Of a DNA stretch of 64,000 nt, positions 51,412-59,848 are shown piece after piece; within the stretch, counting starts at the first letter, position 1; each line of letters begins with the position of its first letter. The position numbers and the translations under genes are program-made. The stretch comes from a virus. The notes under the pieces were generated by a model that was not told the origin of the DNA, made no database searches, and worked only from the letters and a program-made list of their open reading frames with translations. The DNA is taken from positions 1 through 64,000 of IMG/VR virus record IMGVR_UViG_3300035698_011578, one strand, 5' to 3'.

Positions 51412-51832
51412 AAAGGAGTGTGAGAGAAAATTTCTTGTAAAAGAATTACCAAGTGATTTCAATGATTATGATAAAGAAGATGTCCATCAATACTATCCGA
51501 TTGTAAGTAAATATTTCTGCGTTAGAGTAAGGAAGTATAGCGAGACCAGAAAGTATTTGGATATCAAATTTGGATCAGGTAAAATAAAATTTAAGATTGG
51601 GTTAAGAATTAATTTTTTTCAGACAAATAAAAAGTGCCTAGTTAAAACCAGACACAAAAAGAGATTTAATAATCTATTAATAGTAATTGATATTTTCGAA
51701 AGTGAGTTAAGATTAGTTGAGATAGAATCCTCTGATTGTTCAATAATAGATAATTATAAACTACCAGAATGGTTTGGAGAAGAAGTAACTAATGATAAAA
51801 AATATAGAAACCGATATTTAATCAAAAAGTAG
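51398..51832 (+). CDS. CYTH domain protein
   Basis: ECERKFLV, RVR, K, KTR, IDIF, VEIE, PEWFGEEVT.D..Y.N. Confidence 0.85.
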   Translation: MRLFKKECERKFLVKELPSDFNDYDKEDVHQYYPIVSKYFCVRVRKYSETRKYLDIKFGSGKIKFKIGLRINFFQTNKKCLVKTRHKKRFNNLLIVIDIFESELRLVEIESSDCSIIDNYKLPEWFGEEVTNDKKYRNRYLIKK

Positions 51833-52540
51833 TTTTGCAATATCTTCGCCTAGTAATCTTTCTAACAACTCATCGATGTCAGTTGACATATCATTATCAT
51901 ACCTAAATAGATATAAAGAATCCTCTATACCATCTAAATTTAATTTGAAAATATAATAGAGAAATATATTTTGTGACATTAAAACAATTTCCGGATTAGT
52001 TTTCAATACCGTTTTATAATCAGAACCAAATATATCTTTAGTGTATATCTCTGGATAAAAATCACGCATTATGTAATTGTAAATATTACTACCAACTAAT
52101 AATTCTGTTTCTCCGAATAGTTTTGTTAGTTTTTCTATTCTAGAAACAACATTAATAACATTGCCTAAGTATGTGAATGTTCTACCATCTCGTAACATCT
52201 CTATTGTTTCACCACAATCGACACCAATACCAAATGAAATTTTCTCATCAAATTCTGCATTGAATTCATTAACCATTTTTGTTAACTTTTTATGTAGTAA
52301 GATTGAGAATGCATAAGCATGTTTTGAATGATTAAGACCTTTAAATAGAAATACCATAGAATCACCTAAAGAATTGTACCAGTAATCTTTTGATATTTTA
52401 CTAGCAATACTAATGTGTGCTTCATAAAAATCACTTATGAAATTTATAAAAGAATCATTATCCTTTTCTTGAAATCTCTCAAATGTTCCTGTGAAATTTC
52501 TGATATCTGATATCACTATGGCTGATTTAATTTTCTTCAT
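51818..52540 (-). CDS. Class III adenylate/guanylate cyclase domain protein
   Basis: SDIRNFT, LGDS, GIGV..G, YLGNVINVVSRIE. Confidence 0.85.
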   Translation of the reverse strand: MKKIKSAIVISDIRNFTGTFERFQEKDNDSFINFISDFYEAHISIASKISKDYWYNSLGDSMVFLFKGLNHSKHAYAFSILLHKKLTKMVNEFNAEFDEKISFGIGVDCGETIEMLRDGRTFTYLGNVINVVSRIEKLTKLFGETELLVGSNIYNYIMRDFYPEIYTKDIFGSDYKTVLKTNPEIVLMSQNIFLYYIFKLNLDGIEDSLYLFRYDNDMSTDIDELLERLLGEDIAKLLFD

Positions 52541-52630
52541 CTATATTATAATTTTAACTATATGCAAATATACTAAAAATTTCAATTACATATCAATTTT
52601 TAGTATATTATTTTTAGTTTATTATGTTTG

Positions 52631-52711
52631 TGGGTAAAGAGAGATTCGAACTCACAAACCCGAAGGCCACGGGGTTACAACCCGCTAGGCAACCAACTGC
52701 CCAATTTACCC
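52631..52711 (-). tRNA. tRNA-Tyr(GTA) copy 2
   Basis: GGGTAAA/TTTACCC, GCGGG-TT GTA AC-CCCGT, long variable arm. Confidence 0.88.
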
Positions 52712-52720
52712 AATTTTGAG

Positions 52721-52788
52721 AAGCACATAGGGGAATCGAACCCCCGTTTACTGAAAATCTGTCGTCCTAACCACTAGACGAATGCGCC
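52721..52788 (-). tRNA. tRNA-Glu(TTC), apparently damaged (about 4-nt deletion in the 3' anticodon stem)
   Basis: GGCGCAT/ATGTGCT, GTCTAGTGGTTAGGAC D-arm, ACAGA-TT TTC A-GT. Confidence 0.75.
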
Positions 52789-52795
52789 ATTTTTG

Positions 52796-52878
52796 TGGGC
52801 CGGGAGGGATTCGAACCCCCGAACTCGAAAGAGAGATGTTTTACAGACACCGTGCTTTAACCTCTTGCATACCGACCC
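52796..52878 (-). tRNA. tRNA-Tyr(GTA) copy 1
   Basis: GGGTCGG/CCGGCCC, GGTGT-CT GTA AA-ACATC, long variable arm. Confidence 0.92.
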
Positions 52879-52891
52879 AGTTTTTTATAAC

Positions 52892-52929
52892 AAAAAAAAC
52901 CAATCTAACATTTATGTCAGATTGGTTTT
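52892..52929 (-). terminator. Attenuator terminator upstream of the Tyr/Glu/Tyr tRNA operon
   Basis: AAAACCAATCTGACA-TAAA-TGTTAGATTGG-TTTTTTTT. Confidence 0.85.
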
Positions 52930-52953
52930 AAATTTCTATATAATTAAACACAG

Positions 52954-53019
52954 CTATCTATCTGACAAAATTTTCATTTTCTCTTCATAATAATAAGCTA
53001 TGTTTGTTATTGTTGTCAT
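52954..53019 (-). CDS. Tyr/Glu attenuator leader peptide MTTITNIAYYYEEKMKILSDR
   Basis: TAT TAT TAT GAA GAG at codons 9-13; TGTCAGAT complementary to the terminator 5' arm. Confidence 0.82.
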   Translation of the reverse strand: MTTITNIAYYYEEKMKILSDR

Positions 53020-53060
53020 TGTCTTTATTGTTTCTTTATTGTTTCTTTCTAATTCTTTTA

Positions 53061-53092
53061 CAAATATAAGGAAGATATTTTAAACCACCAAA
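53061..53092 (-). promoter_or_regulatory. Bacteroidota-type promoter for the Tyr/Glu tRNA operon
   Basis: TTTG 53089-92, 20-nt spacer, TATATTTG 53061-68. Confidence 0.72.
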
Positions 53093-53114
53093 TATATTTT
53101 CATTTTTCTTTTTG

Positions 53115-53186
53115 TAGCGGGGACAGGACTCGAACCTGCGACCTCCGGGTTATGAGCCCGACGAGCTGCCTCTGCTCTACCCCGCA
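53115..53186 (-). tRNA. Initiator tRNA-fMet(CAT)
   Basis: 1:72 mismatch, TCGGG-CT CAT AA-CCCGG (three G-C pairs); late TAATATATA box directly upstream. Confidence 0.92.
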
Positions 53187-53254
53187 ATATTGTATTTCTA
53201 TATATTAAAAAGTTGGTCTCCCTTTTACAAAAGTAGTAAAAATTTATGAGAATA

Positions 53255-53491
53255 TCAAACATTATTATATGCCCTCAGTGTAAATGGGAAATCAAATACG
53301 ATAAATCCACCTGTTATTTCATCTTTTATGTCCAAATCATCATTAGCAAGTTTTGACATGTCACATCTTGTAAACGACTCAGCATCTTTATAAAGATAAT
53401 TATATGTTGATATATTTTCAATACCCACAAAATCTTTTATTCTATAAATTATATCAGATATTTCACTGAAATAATAAGGTTCAGAATACAA
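53255..53491 (-). pseudogene. Probable 3' gene remnant
   Basis: TTG-started ORF with disrupted upstream sequence. Confidence 0.4.
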
Positions 53492-53635
53492 TAAGAATGG
53501 AAGGATTATCTAAAGATATAGAAAAGAATTCCATCTCACAAAGAACTAGATTATATGTTCGCTATTTAAGTAGAAATCCAATACCTAATTTTAAATTAGA
53601 GACCAATAGCAACACAATAAAATTAATTAAAAATA

Positions 53636-53986
53636 ATGACTATTAAAAAATTTGACGCATTTAGCGATTCTGATATAGAGACAATAAAAGATATTATCTT
53701 AGAACTAAAACATGAATTTACAGAAATTGATGGTGAGATTTATAATAAAAAATATGACCGTGGTAATGTAACAATCATCGAATTATCTCCAATGAAAGTT
53801 TACAATGAGAAATGTGTTACAATTGAAAATCTAGAAAAGAAGATGAAATATTATAACCTAATTATAGAAGTAGCAACAAGAATTAAAGATGCAACGAAAA
53901 GAGACGTTAGAATAGTTGATTTATTTAATGAGAAGTTGGGTAGTGTTGAAATATGGATAGATGACATTAAAAACAAAACAAAATAA
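53636..53986 (+). CDS. Hypothetical protein
   Basis: MTIKKFDAF N-terminus. Confidence 0.65.
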   Translation: MTIKKFDAFSDSDIETIKDIILELKHEFTEIDGEIYNKKYDRGNVTIIELSPMKVYNEKCVTIENLEKKMKYYNLIIEVATRIKDATKRDVRIVDLFNEKLGSVEIWIDDIKNKTK

Positions 53987-54521
53987 TAATATGGAAAGAC
54001 CACAGATTAGACAAACGTTTTGTTAGTGATAATTATGATTTAGATTTGTATTTTTTATATAATTTAAAAAATTCTTCATCATTCATACTAGAAAATTCTT
54101 CATCTGCTTTATTCTTCATATCTTGAGCATCCCAAAGTGATGGTTTTAAATGTTTTGTATCAAAAGATGTTTCAACACCATAATCTATTAATTCACATCG
54201 AAGTTTAAACATAATCCATTCAAAATCATGACTATCTTTTGAGTTTTTCTACTAATATATTCATATTCCATTGGTAAATCATAACTATCACTAACATCAG
54301 ATATATTCAAGTTTTCTTTGAACTCACCGAAACCTTTTATGTGTCTTTCATTTTCCATCTTCGTTTATTATTTTAGTATATATATTATATTTATAAGTTA
54401 AATATTATTCACCTTTAAAATTTCTAAAATTTTACACTTTTTGAATATTACACAAGTTTCTGTTTAATATATATTAGTAAATTATAAATAATAATATGGA
54501 AAGACCACAGATTAGACAAAC
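53981..54521. mobile_element. Insertion flanked by 36-bp direct repeats, containing a 276-bp segment with 22-bp inverted repeats
   Basis: DR 53981-54016 = 54486-54521; IR 54021-54042 / 54275-54296 (21/22). Confidence 0.7.
54033..54358 (-). pseudogene. Frameshifted gene MENERHIKGFGEFKENLNISDVS...
   Basis: Frame break near 54240; other frame KDSHDFEWIMFKLRCEL... to TAA at 54033. Confidence 0.65.
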
Positions 54522-54852
54522 AGAACAACAACATGTTGAGAGTGAACGAGAAATCGTTGGTTCGGAAGCAGAAGAATTATTGCGTAAATATGGTTATTCC
54601 GAAGAATTTACAACTAGAGCAAATCCAACCAAAGAAGAAAGCAATCCTATAACATTTGAAGAAATGGTTAAACAGGAAGAAGCTAAAAAGAAAGCGTTAA
54701 GAGATCGAAGAAACCAGAAAATGAATGGCCCAAAACCAATAACATTTAGAGGTGATGAATATGATTCAAAAGTTACTTATGGATCAGATGAGGAATCAGG
54801 ATTAGGATTCAAAATAGAAATAACTTCTGATATGAAGTTGCCGAAATATTAA
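54496..54852 (+). CDS. Hypothetical protein
   Basis: ORF after TAATATATA. Confidence 0.7.
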   Translation: MERPQIRQTEQQHVESEREIVGSEAEELLRKYGYSEEFTTRANPTKEESNPITFEEMVKQEEAKKKALRDRRNQKMNGPKPITFRGDEYDSKVTYGSDEESGLGFKIEITSDMKLPKY

Positions 54853-54944
54853 CAATTTTTTAAACTTATAACTTAATACAATTATAATTCATAACGATTA
54901 AAAATAGCGAGATAGGCTATTTCAAAAAATAATTATTCATATAT

Positions 54945-57467
54945 ATGATTACTAGCGAAATAAATAGTGACAAGAAACAAACAGACTTTAAAAATGAATT
55001 TAGTAAAGAAATTTATGAACAAACATACAGATTTGGGAAAGAAAATATAAATAACACACTTTACAGAATTGCAAACGAATTGGCTTCAGTCGAAACCGAT
55101 AAAAAATCTTGGACAGAAAACTTTTTAGATCTTTTAACAGATTTTAAATTTGTACCAGGTGGTAGAATTATATCAAATGCCGGTGTTCCATTAAGAGGAA
55201 CTAGTATGATAAATTGCTTCGTCGATGGTTTTAAAGGAGGAGACCAAGACTCAATGGAAAGCATAATGGACACATTAAGGAGACAAGCGATGATACTTAA
55301 ATCTGAAGGTGGTTATGGCTTTTGTGCAGATGTTATGAGACCAAGAGGTAGTTTCATTAGAGGTATCGGAAATGAATCACCAGGATCAGTTAAAATGCTT
55401 GATATGTGGGACACACAATCCGCAGTTATTACTGAAGGAAGTGGTAAGAAGAGTGATAGAAAAGATGGTAAAGTTAAAATTCGTAAAGGTGCACAAATGG
55501 TGACTATGAGTTGCTGGCATCCCGATATTGAAGAATTTATAACTGCTAAACAAACACCAGGTAGATTGACAAAATTTAACATGTCTATTCTAGCATCTGA
55601 TGAATTGATGAAGTGTGTTGAAAATAACTCACCATGGAATCTCGAATTCCCTGATTATGACACATTCCCAAATGAATATAAAGAAGAGTGGAATGGTAAT
55701 ATTGCCGAGTGGAAAGAAAAAGGTTATACTACAATAGTCTATAAAACATTCGAAGATGCTAATGAACTATGGGATGTTATTATGATGTCTACATATAATA
55801 GAAATGAACCAGGTGTTTTATTCATAGATACAATCAACAAGCTAAACAATCTTAAATATTGTGAGTTCATCAACGCTACAAACCCTTGTGGGGAACAGGT
55901 ATTACCAATTGGTGGTGTTTGCTTATTAGGTTCTATTAACTTAACACAATTTATTGATTTTAAAAATCAAAACTGGGATTATACTAAATTGAAAAAATAT
56001 ATTCCAAGTATTGTTAGATTGATGGATAATGTTAATGATAAAACTTATGTACCACTTGATTATCAAAGAGAAAATCTAGTTGATAAACGTAGAATTGGTT
56101 TAGGTATGATGGGATATGGTTCTGCATTGATGATGTTAAAACTAAAATATGGTTCAAAAGAAGCACTTAAATTAACAGAAGAGTTAATGAGTTTTATCGC
56201 AAATAATGCTTATTCTGCTTCAGCAATGTTAGCAAAAGAAAAAGGGAAATTTAGATTATATGAGGAAAGCGAATACTTAAATTCTAACTTTATCAAACAA
56301 GCACTGACAAAGGAGACGATAGAATTAATTAAAGAACATGGTATTAGAAATTCACATCTATTATCTATACAACCTACTGGAAATAGTTCAATATTTGCAA
56401 ACAATGTATCAGGTGGACTAGAACCATTATTTATGCCAGAATATATAAGAACTTCTATTATGCCTTATTCACCAGAAGGATTAGAAATTCCTAAGAATAT
56501 TGACTGGGATAATAAATCTTATGTTTCAATGACTAACTGGGAGTGGATAAGAGAAGGTGATGAACCATTACTCGCAACTACATTTGATAATTATAGATGG
56601 AAGTTTGATAAGAATAGAGGATTATTAAGAGAAACACTAGTTGAGGATTATGCAGTTTCTTTCTTAAAAGAAAAAGATGAGTGGGATGCTGGTGCTGATT
56701 GGGCTGCAACTACTACAACTTTAAATATTAATGAACACATTGATACAATGGCAGTTATTGCTAAATATATTGACTCTGCGATTTCTAAAACAGTAAATTT
56801 ACCAAATGAATATTCTTACGAAGATTTTAAAGACCTTTATAAGAAATTACACGATACTAAAACTATTAAAGGTGGTACAACTTATAGAGCAGGTACAATG
56901 ACTTCTGTATTATCCGGAAAAGATAAAGAAGAAAAGAGTGAAAACACACTTGCTAAAACAGAAGCACCTAGAAGACCAAAGGTTTTAAACTGTGACATTC
57001 ATCACGTTACTGTACAAGGTGATAAGTGGACTGTTATTATTGGATTATTTGGTGATAATAAAGATCCTTATGAAGTATTTGCTTTCAAAAAGAAGAGCAT
57101 TAGTATTTCTGCCTCAATAAAAGAAGGACAATTAACGAAAGTTAAGAAAGGAAGATATGATTTAGATTTAAATGGTGTTGTTATTGAAAATATCAAAGAA
57201 CACTTTACATCTGATGAAGAAGAAGCTCTAACTAGAATGATATCTACTGCATTACGACATGGTGCTAATATCAATTTTATATATGACCAGTTACAAAAAT
57301 CAGAGGGTAATATTGTATCATTCTCAAAAGCGGTATCAAGAACCTTGAAGAAATATTTAAGTGATGATAAAACAGAGGATTGTCCTAGTTGTAAAGCTGA
57401 TAAAGCACTAGTATTACAAGAAGGGTGTTTTGTCTGTAAACATTGTGGATACAGTAAATGTTCTTAA
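54945..57467 (+). CDS. nrdJ: Ribonucleotide reductase, probably class II (B12-dependent), with C-terminal TSCPD/Zn-ribbon
   Basis: PGGRI, NCF, HPDI, EPG, TNPCGEQ, CLLGSINL, QPTG, ISKTVN, CPSC..EGC..C..CGYSKC. Confidence 0.88.
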   Translation: MITSEINSDKKQTDFKNEFSKEIYEQTYRFGKENINNTLYRIANELASVETDKKSWTENFLDLLTDFKFVPGGRIISNAGVPLRGTSMINCFVDGFKGGDQDSMESIMDTLRRQAMILKSEGGYGFCADVMRPRGSFIRGIGNESPGSVKMLDMWDTQSAVITEGSGKKSDRKDGKVKIRKGAQMVTMSCWHPDIEEFITAKQTPGRLTKFNMSILASDELMKCVENNSPWNLEFPDYDTFPNEYKEEWNGNIAEWKEKGYTTIVYKTFEDANELWDVIMMSTYNRNEPGVLFIDTINKLNNLKYCEFINATNPCGEQVLPIGGVCLLGSINLTQFIDFKNQNWDYTKLKKYIPSIVRLMDNVNDKTYVPLDYQRENLVDKRRIGLGMMGYGSALMMLKLKYGSKEALKLTEELMSFIANNAYSASAMLAKEKGKFRLYEESEYLNSNFIKQALTKETIELIKEHGIRNSHLLSIQPTGNSSIFANNVSGGLEPLFMPEYIRTSIMPYSPEGLEIPKNIDWDNKSYVSMTNWEWIREGDEPLLATTFDNYRWKFDKNRGLLRETLVEDYAVSFLKEKDEWDAGADWAATTTTLNINEHIDTMAVIAKYIDSAISKTVNLPNEYSYEDFKDLYKKLHDTKTIKGGTTYRAGTMTSVLSGKDKEEKSENTLAKTEAPRRPKVLNCDIHHVTVQGDKWTVIIGLFGDNKDPYEVFAFKKKSISISASIKEGQLTKVKKGRYDLDLNGVVIENIKEHFTSDEEEALTRMISTALRHGANINFIYDQLQKSEGNIVSFSKAVSRTLKKYLSDDKTEDCPSCKADKALVLQEGCFVCKHCGYSKCS

Positions 57468-57488
57468 AAATATTTTAAGAATTATATT

Positions 57489-57524
57489 AAGCCAAAAAGT
57501 TATAAACTAATTTTTTGGCTTTTT
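57489..57524 (+). terminator. Intrinsic terminator
   Basis: aagccaaaaa...tttttggctt + T-tract. Confidence 0.65.
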
Positions 57525-57535
57525 CTATAATAGAT

Positions 57536-57637
57536 ATGTATTGGTATAGCGAAGAAATGTTCATTAAAGAACTCAAGGTATTAAATAGTAAGTTTAGAAG
57601 AAATAAGATACTTAAAATATTTAATATCAAAACTTAA
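57536..57637 (+). CDS. Small protein (33 aa) ending RRNKILKIFNIKT
   Basis: Manual translation; carries the RxxxIxxI motif. Confidence 0.4.
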   Translation: MYWYSEEMFIKELKVLNSKFRRNKILKIFNIKT

Positions 57638-57663
57638 TATATAATACATAAAAATGATGAAAA

Positions 57664-57954
57664 ATGATGAGAAATATTAAAGGATTTGAAAAATTTGAAG
57701 CTATTGGTTTTAAAACACCAAATGATAATAGAGATAGAGAAACTAAATCTGATGTTTACAAAGAAGTTGGTTATAAACCAACAGAGAATAAAGAAAGAGA
57801 AATAGGATATTATTGGGTTTTATTAAAAGGTGATAGTAAATGGACAATAGGACTTTATGATGATTATAATGAATGGGAAATTATTGCTTGTGATGAAATA
57901 CTTACTGATGATAGTTTTGACAAAATAGGTGATTTTATATCTAAACCAAGATAA
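57664..57954 (+). CDS. Hypothetical protein
   Basis: MRNIKGFEKFE; GYYWV motif. Confidence 0.65.
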   Translation: MMRNIKGFEKFEAIGFKTPNDNRDRETKSDVYKEVGYKPTENKEREIGYYWVLLKGDSKWTIGLYDDYNEWEIIACDEILTDDSFDKIGDFISKPR

Positions 57955-57955
57955 A

Positions 57956-58474
57956 TTAAATTAATAATCTATTTATTTGTATATCTCTTATTTCATCTAT
58001 ACTTCTGTAGAAATACCAAGTTCTTTCATATGCTTGTTTTAAAGTTGTGTAATCTGGTATAGAATCCCAAGACCCATAAACGGTTATCTCATCATCCCAC
58101 AGAATTGTTCTTTGAATTTCACTTTGACAATCATATAAATCCATTTCATAAAACTCTAAATCACTTTTACTGTTTTTTGTCTTTATCCTAAACTCAGTAT
58201 TATATTCAATTGTTCGTCTACAATCCACGTATTCTATTTCAAGTGCTTGATCACACATTAAAGAGTTTAGATAAATTGCAACTTTTGGATAGGACATCGA
58301 GTCGTTAGATAAAGTAAATTTCTCATATAAGAAAAATTGACCAACCTTAACTTTTGAGTCAATGAAATCATATTTATTAAGATGTGCTGTTATGTTTTCT
58401 TCATCACCTCTTTCTAGTAAAACCTTTTTCTCAAGAGACTCTTTTGCCTCATCTATATTATTAAAAATCCTCAT
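57956..58474 (-). CDS. Hypothetical protein
   Basis: Ends IRDIQINRLLI. Confidence 0.7.
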   Translation of the reverse strand: MRIFNNIDEAKESLEKKVLLERGDEENITAHLNKYDFIDSKVKVGQFFLYEKFTLSNDSMSYPKVAIYLNSLMCDQALEIEYVDCRRTIEYNTEFRIKTKNSKSDLEFYEMDLYDCQSEIQRTILWDDEITVYGSWDSIPDYTTLKQAYERTWYFYRSIDEIRDIQINRLLI

Positions 58475-58859
58475 TACATCTATAATTTCCTAAGTTTATT
58501 GAATCAAATTCATCTTTACCCTCATTTTTAACAATGCCTAATATTTTAAGCATCCCATTTATAGGACTACTTTTAAATTTATGACCAACAAATTCACTAC
58601 TGAAATCAAACACCTTTTCATTATTTACAAAAAGTTTAGCACTTTGGTGTCCAAATCCACCAAAATAATCAGTGCTTATTCTACCAATGGTTTTATTTTT
58701 ACCAAATTTCTTAATATTCGGTATATAAGTTGTTGCCAAAATATTCTGTGGTAATTCTACCCATTTAATATCGGGTAATTCTTTATCTTCTATTATAGAG
58801 TCTATTTTACTTTCTCTAAGCTCGTCTTTATTTATTATAAATATTGATATACAATGCAT
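58461..58859 (-). CDS. Hypothetical protein
   Basis: TDYFGG.GHQ, DEFD..NLG.YR; promoter TATATTTG 58864-71. Confidence 0.7.
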   Translation of the reverse strand: MHCISIFIINKDELRESKIDSIIEDKELPDIKWVELPQNILATTYIPNIKKFGKNKTIGRISTDYFGGFGHQSAKLFVNNEKVFDFSSEFVGHKFKSSPINGMLKILGIVKNEGKDEFDSINLGNYRCNEDF

Positions 58860-58916
58860 GTCACAAATATAGTTAAAATATTTATATAATCCAATAATTT
58901 ATTTTATATATAGTTT

Positions 58917-59768
58917 ATGAAACATCTCAAAGATTATATAATGTATGAAGCCCTTAGAAAAAGACGAAATTTATACGATAAAGATGACGTGTCTAATTGG
59001 CATTATAAGGTAGTTGTTGAGTGGGGACATGGTGATGCCGATGGTTTAACTATTGAAAAATATCCATTTGAAACTGAAAAAGAAATGAAACTCTTTTTAG
59101 AATTTACTTGTGAATTAAGAGGTGGGTTTCTAGAAAATCAGGGACATGGTAAAATTGGATACTTCGGGAGAAATAGCAGATCTTATGAAGAAGCTAACAA
59201 AATTGCTAATAGATATAGTTCGAATTTTGAAGTTCCATATGATAAATTTAGTAATAGATGGTCGCCGTCTATTGAACATATTTGGGTAGAAATAGATAAT
59301 GTGATACATAATATTATTTGGGACAAGCCTTTAAAAACTAATCTTATTGAATTACCTAAAATAGGCGATAAAATCATAACAAATACTGGACAAATATGTG
59401 GTAAAGGACCAAGACTTTGGAATAAACCAGAAAATTTCTTTTATTATTATTGGGATTTAAAATATATGGGTGATACTGATGTAGATTCTGAAGGAAATCC
59501 TGGTAATGAATATATTTCTATTGAAGTCGAAGTAACCGATTGTAAGATAGGTTCAAGTATGAATTATGAAAGAACTGAGTGGAATCACGAAGAAGATAAA
59601 AAAACAGATTCATATTTTGTTTATTATGACCTTGTTGGATTTACTTATACATTATTATGTAAATTTATGGACAAATACATCACAACAAATATTTATGGAT
59701 TCGATCCTAAATATTCATCAAAATATCACTATTCTTTATACGGAACTAATGATTATTATTTATACTAA
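58917..59768 (+). CDS. Hypothetical protein
   Basis: MKHLKDYIMYE; HGDAD motif. Confidence 0.7.
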   Translation: MKHLKDYIMYEALRKRRNLYDKDDVSNWHYKVVVEWGHGDADGLTIEKYPFETEKEMKLFLEFTCELRGGFLENQGHGKIGYFGRNSRSYEEANKIANRYSSNFEVPYDKFSNRWSPSIEHIWVEIDNVIHNIIWDKPLKTNLIELPKIGDKIITNTGQICGKGPRLWNKPENFFYYYWDLKYMGDTDVDSEGNPGNEYISIEVEVTDCKIGSSMNYERTEWNHEEDKKTDSYFVYYDLVGFTYTLLCKFMDKYITTNIYGFDPKYSSKYHYSLYGTNDYYLY

Positions 59769-59848
59769 AAATTAAATTTATTACACCAAATATTCCTTAT
59801 TCATAAATATTTTCACTATATTTGTAATACAAATAATAATAGATAATT

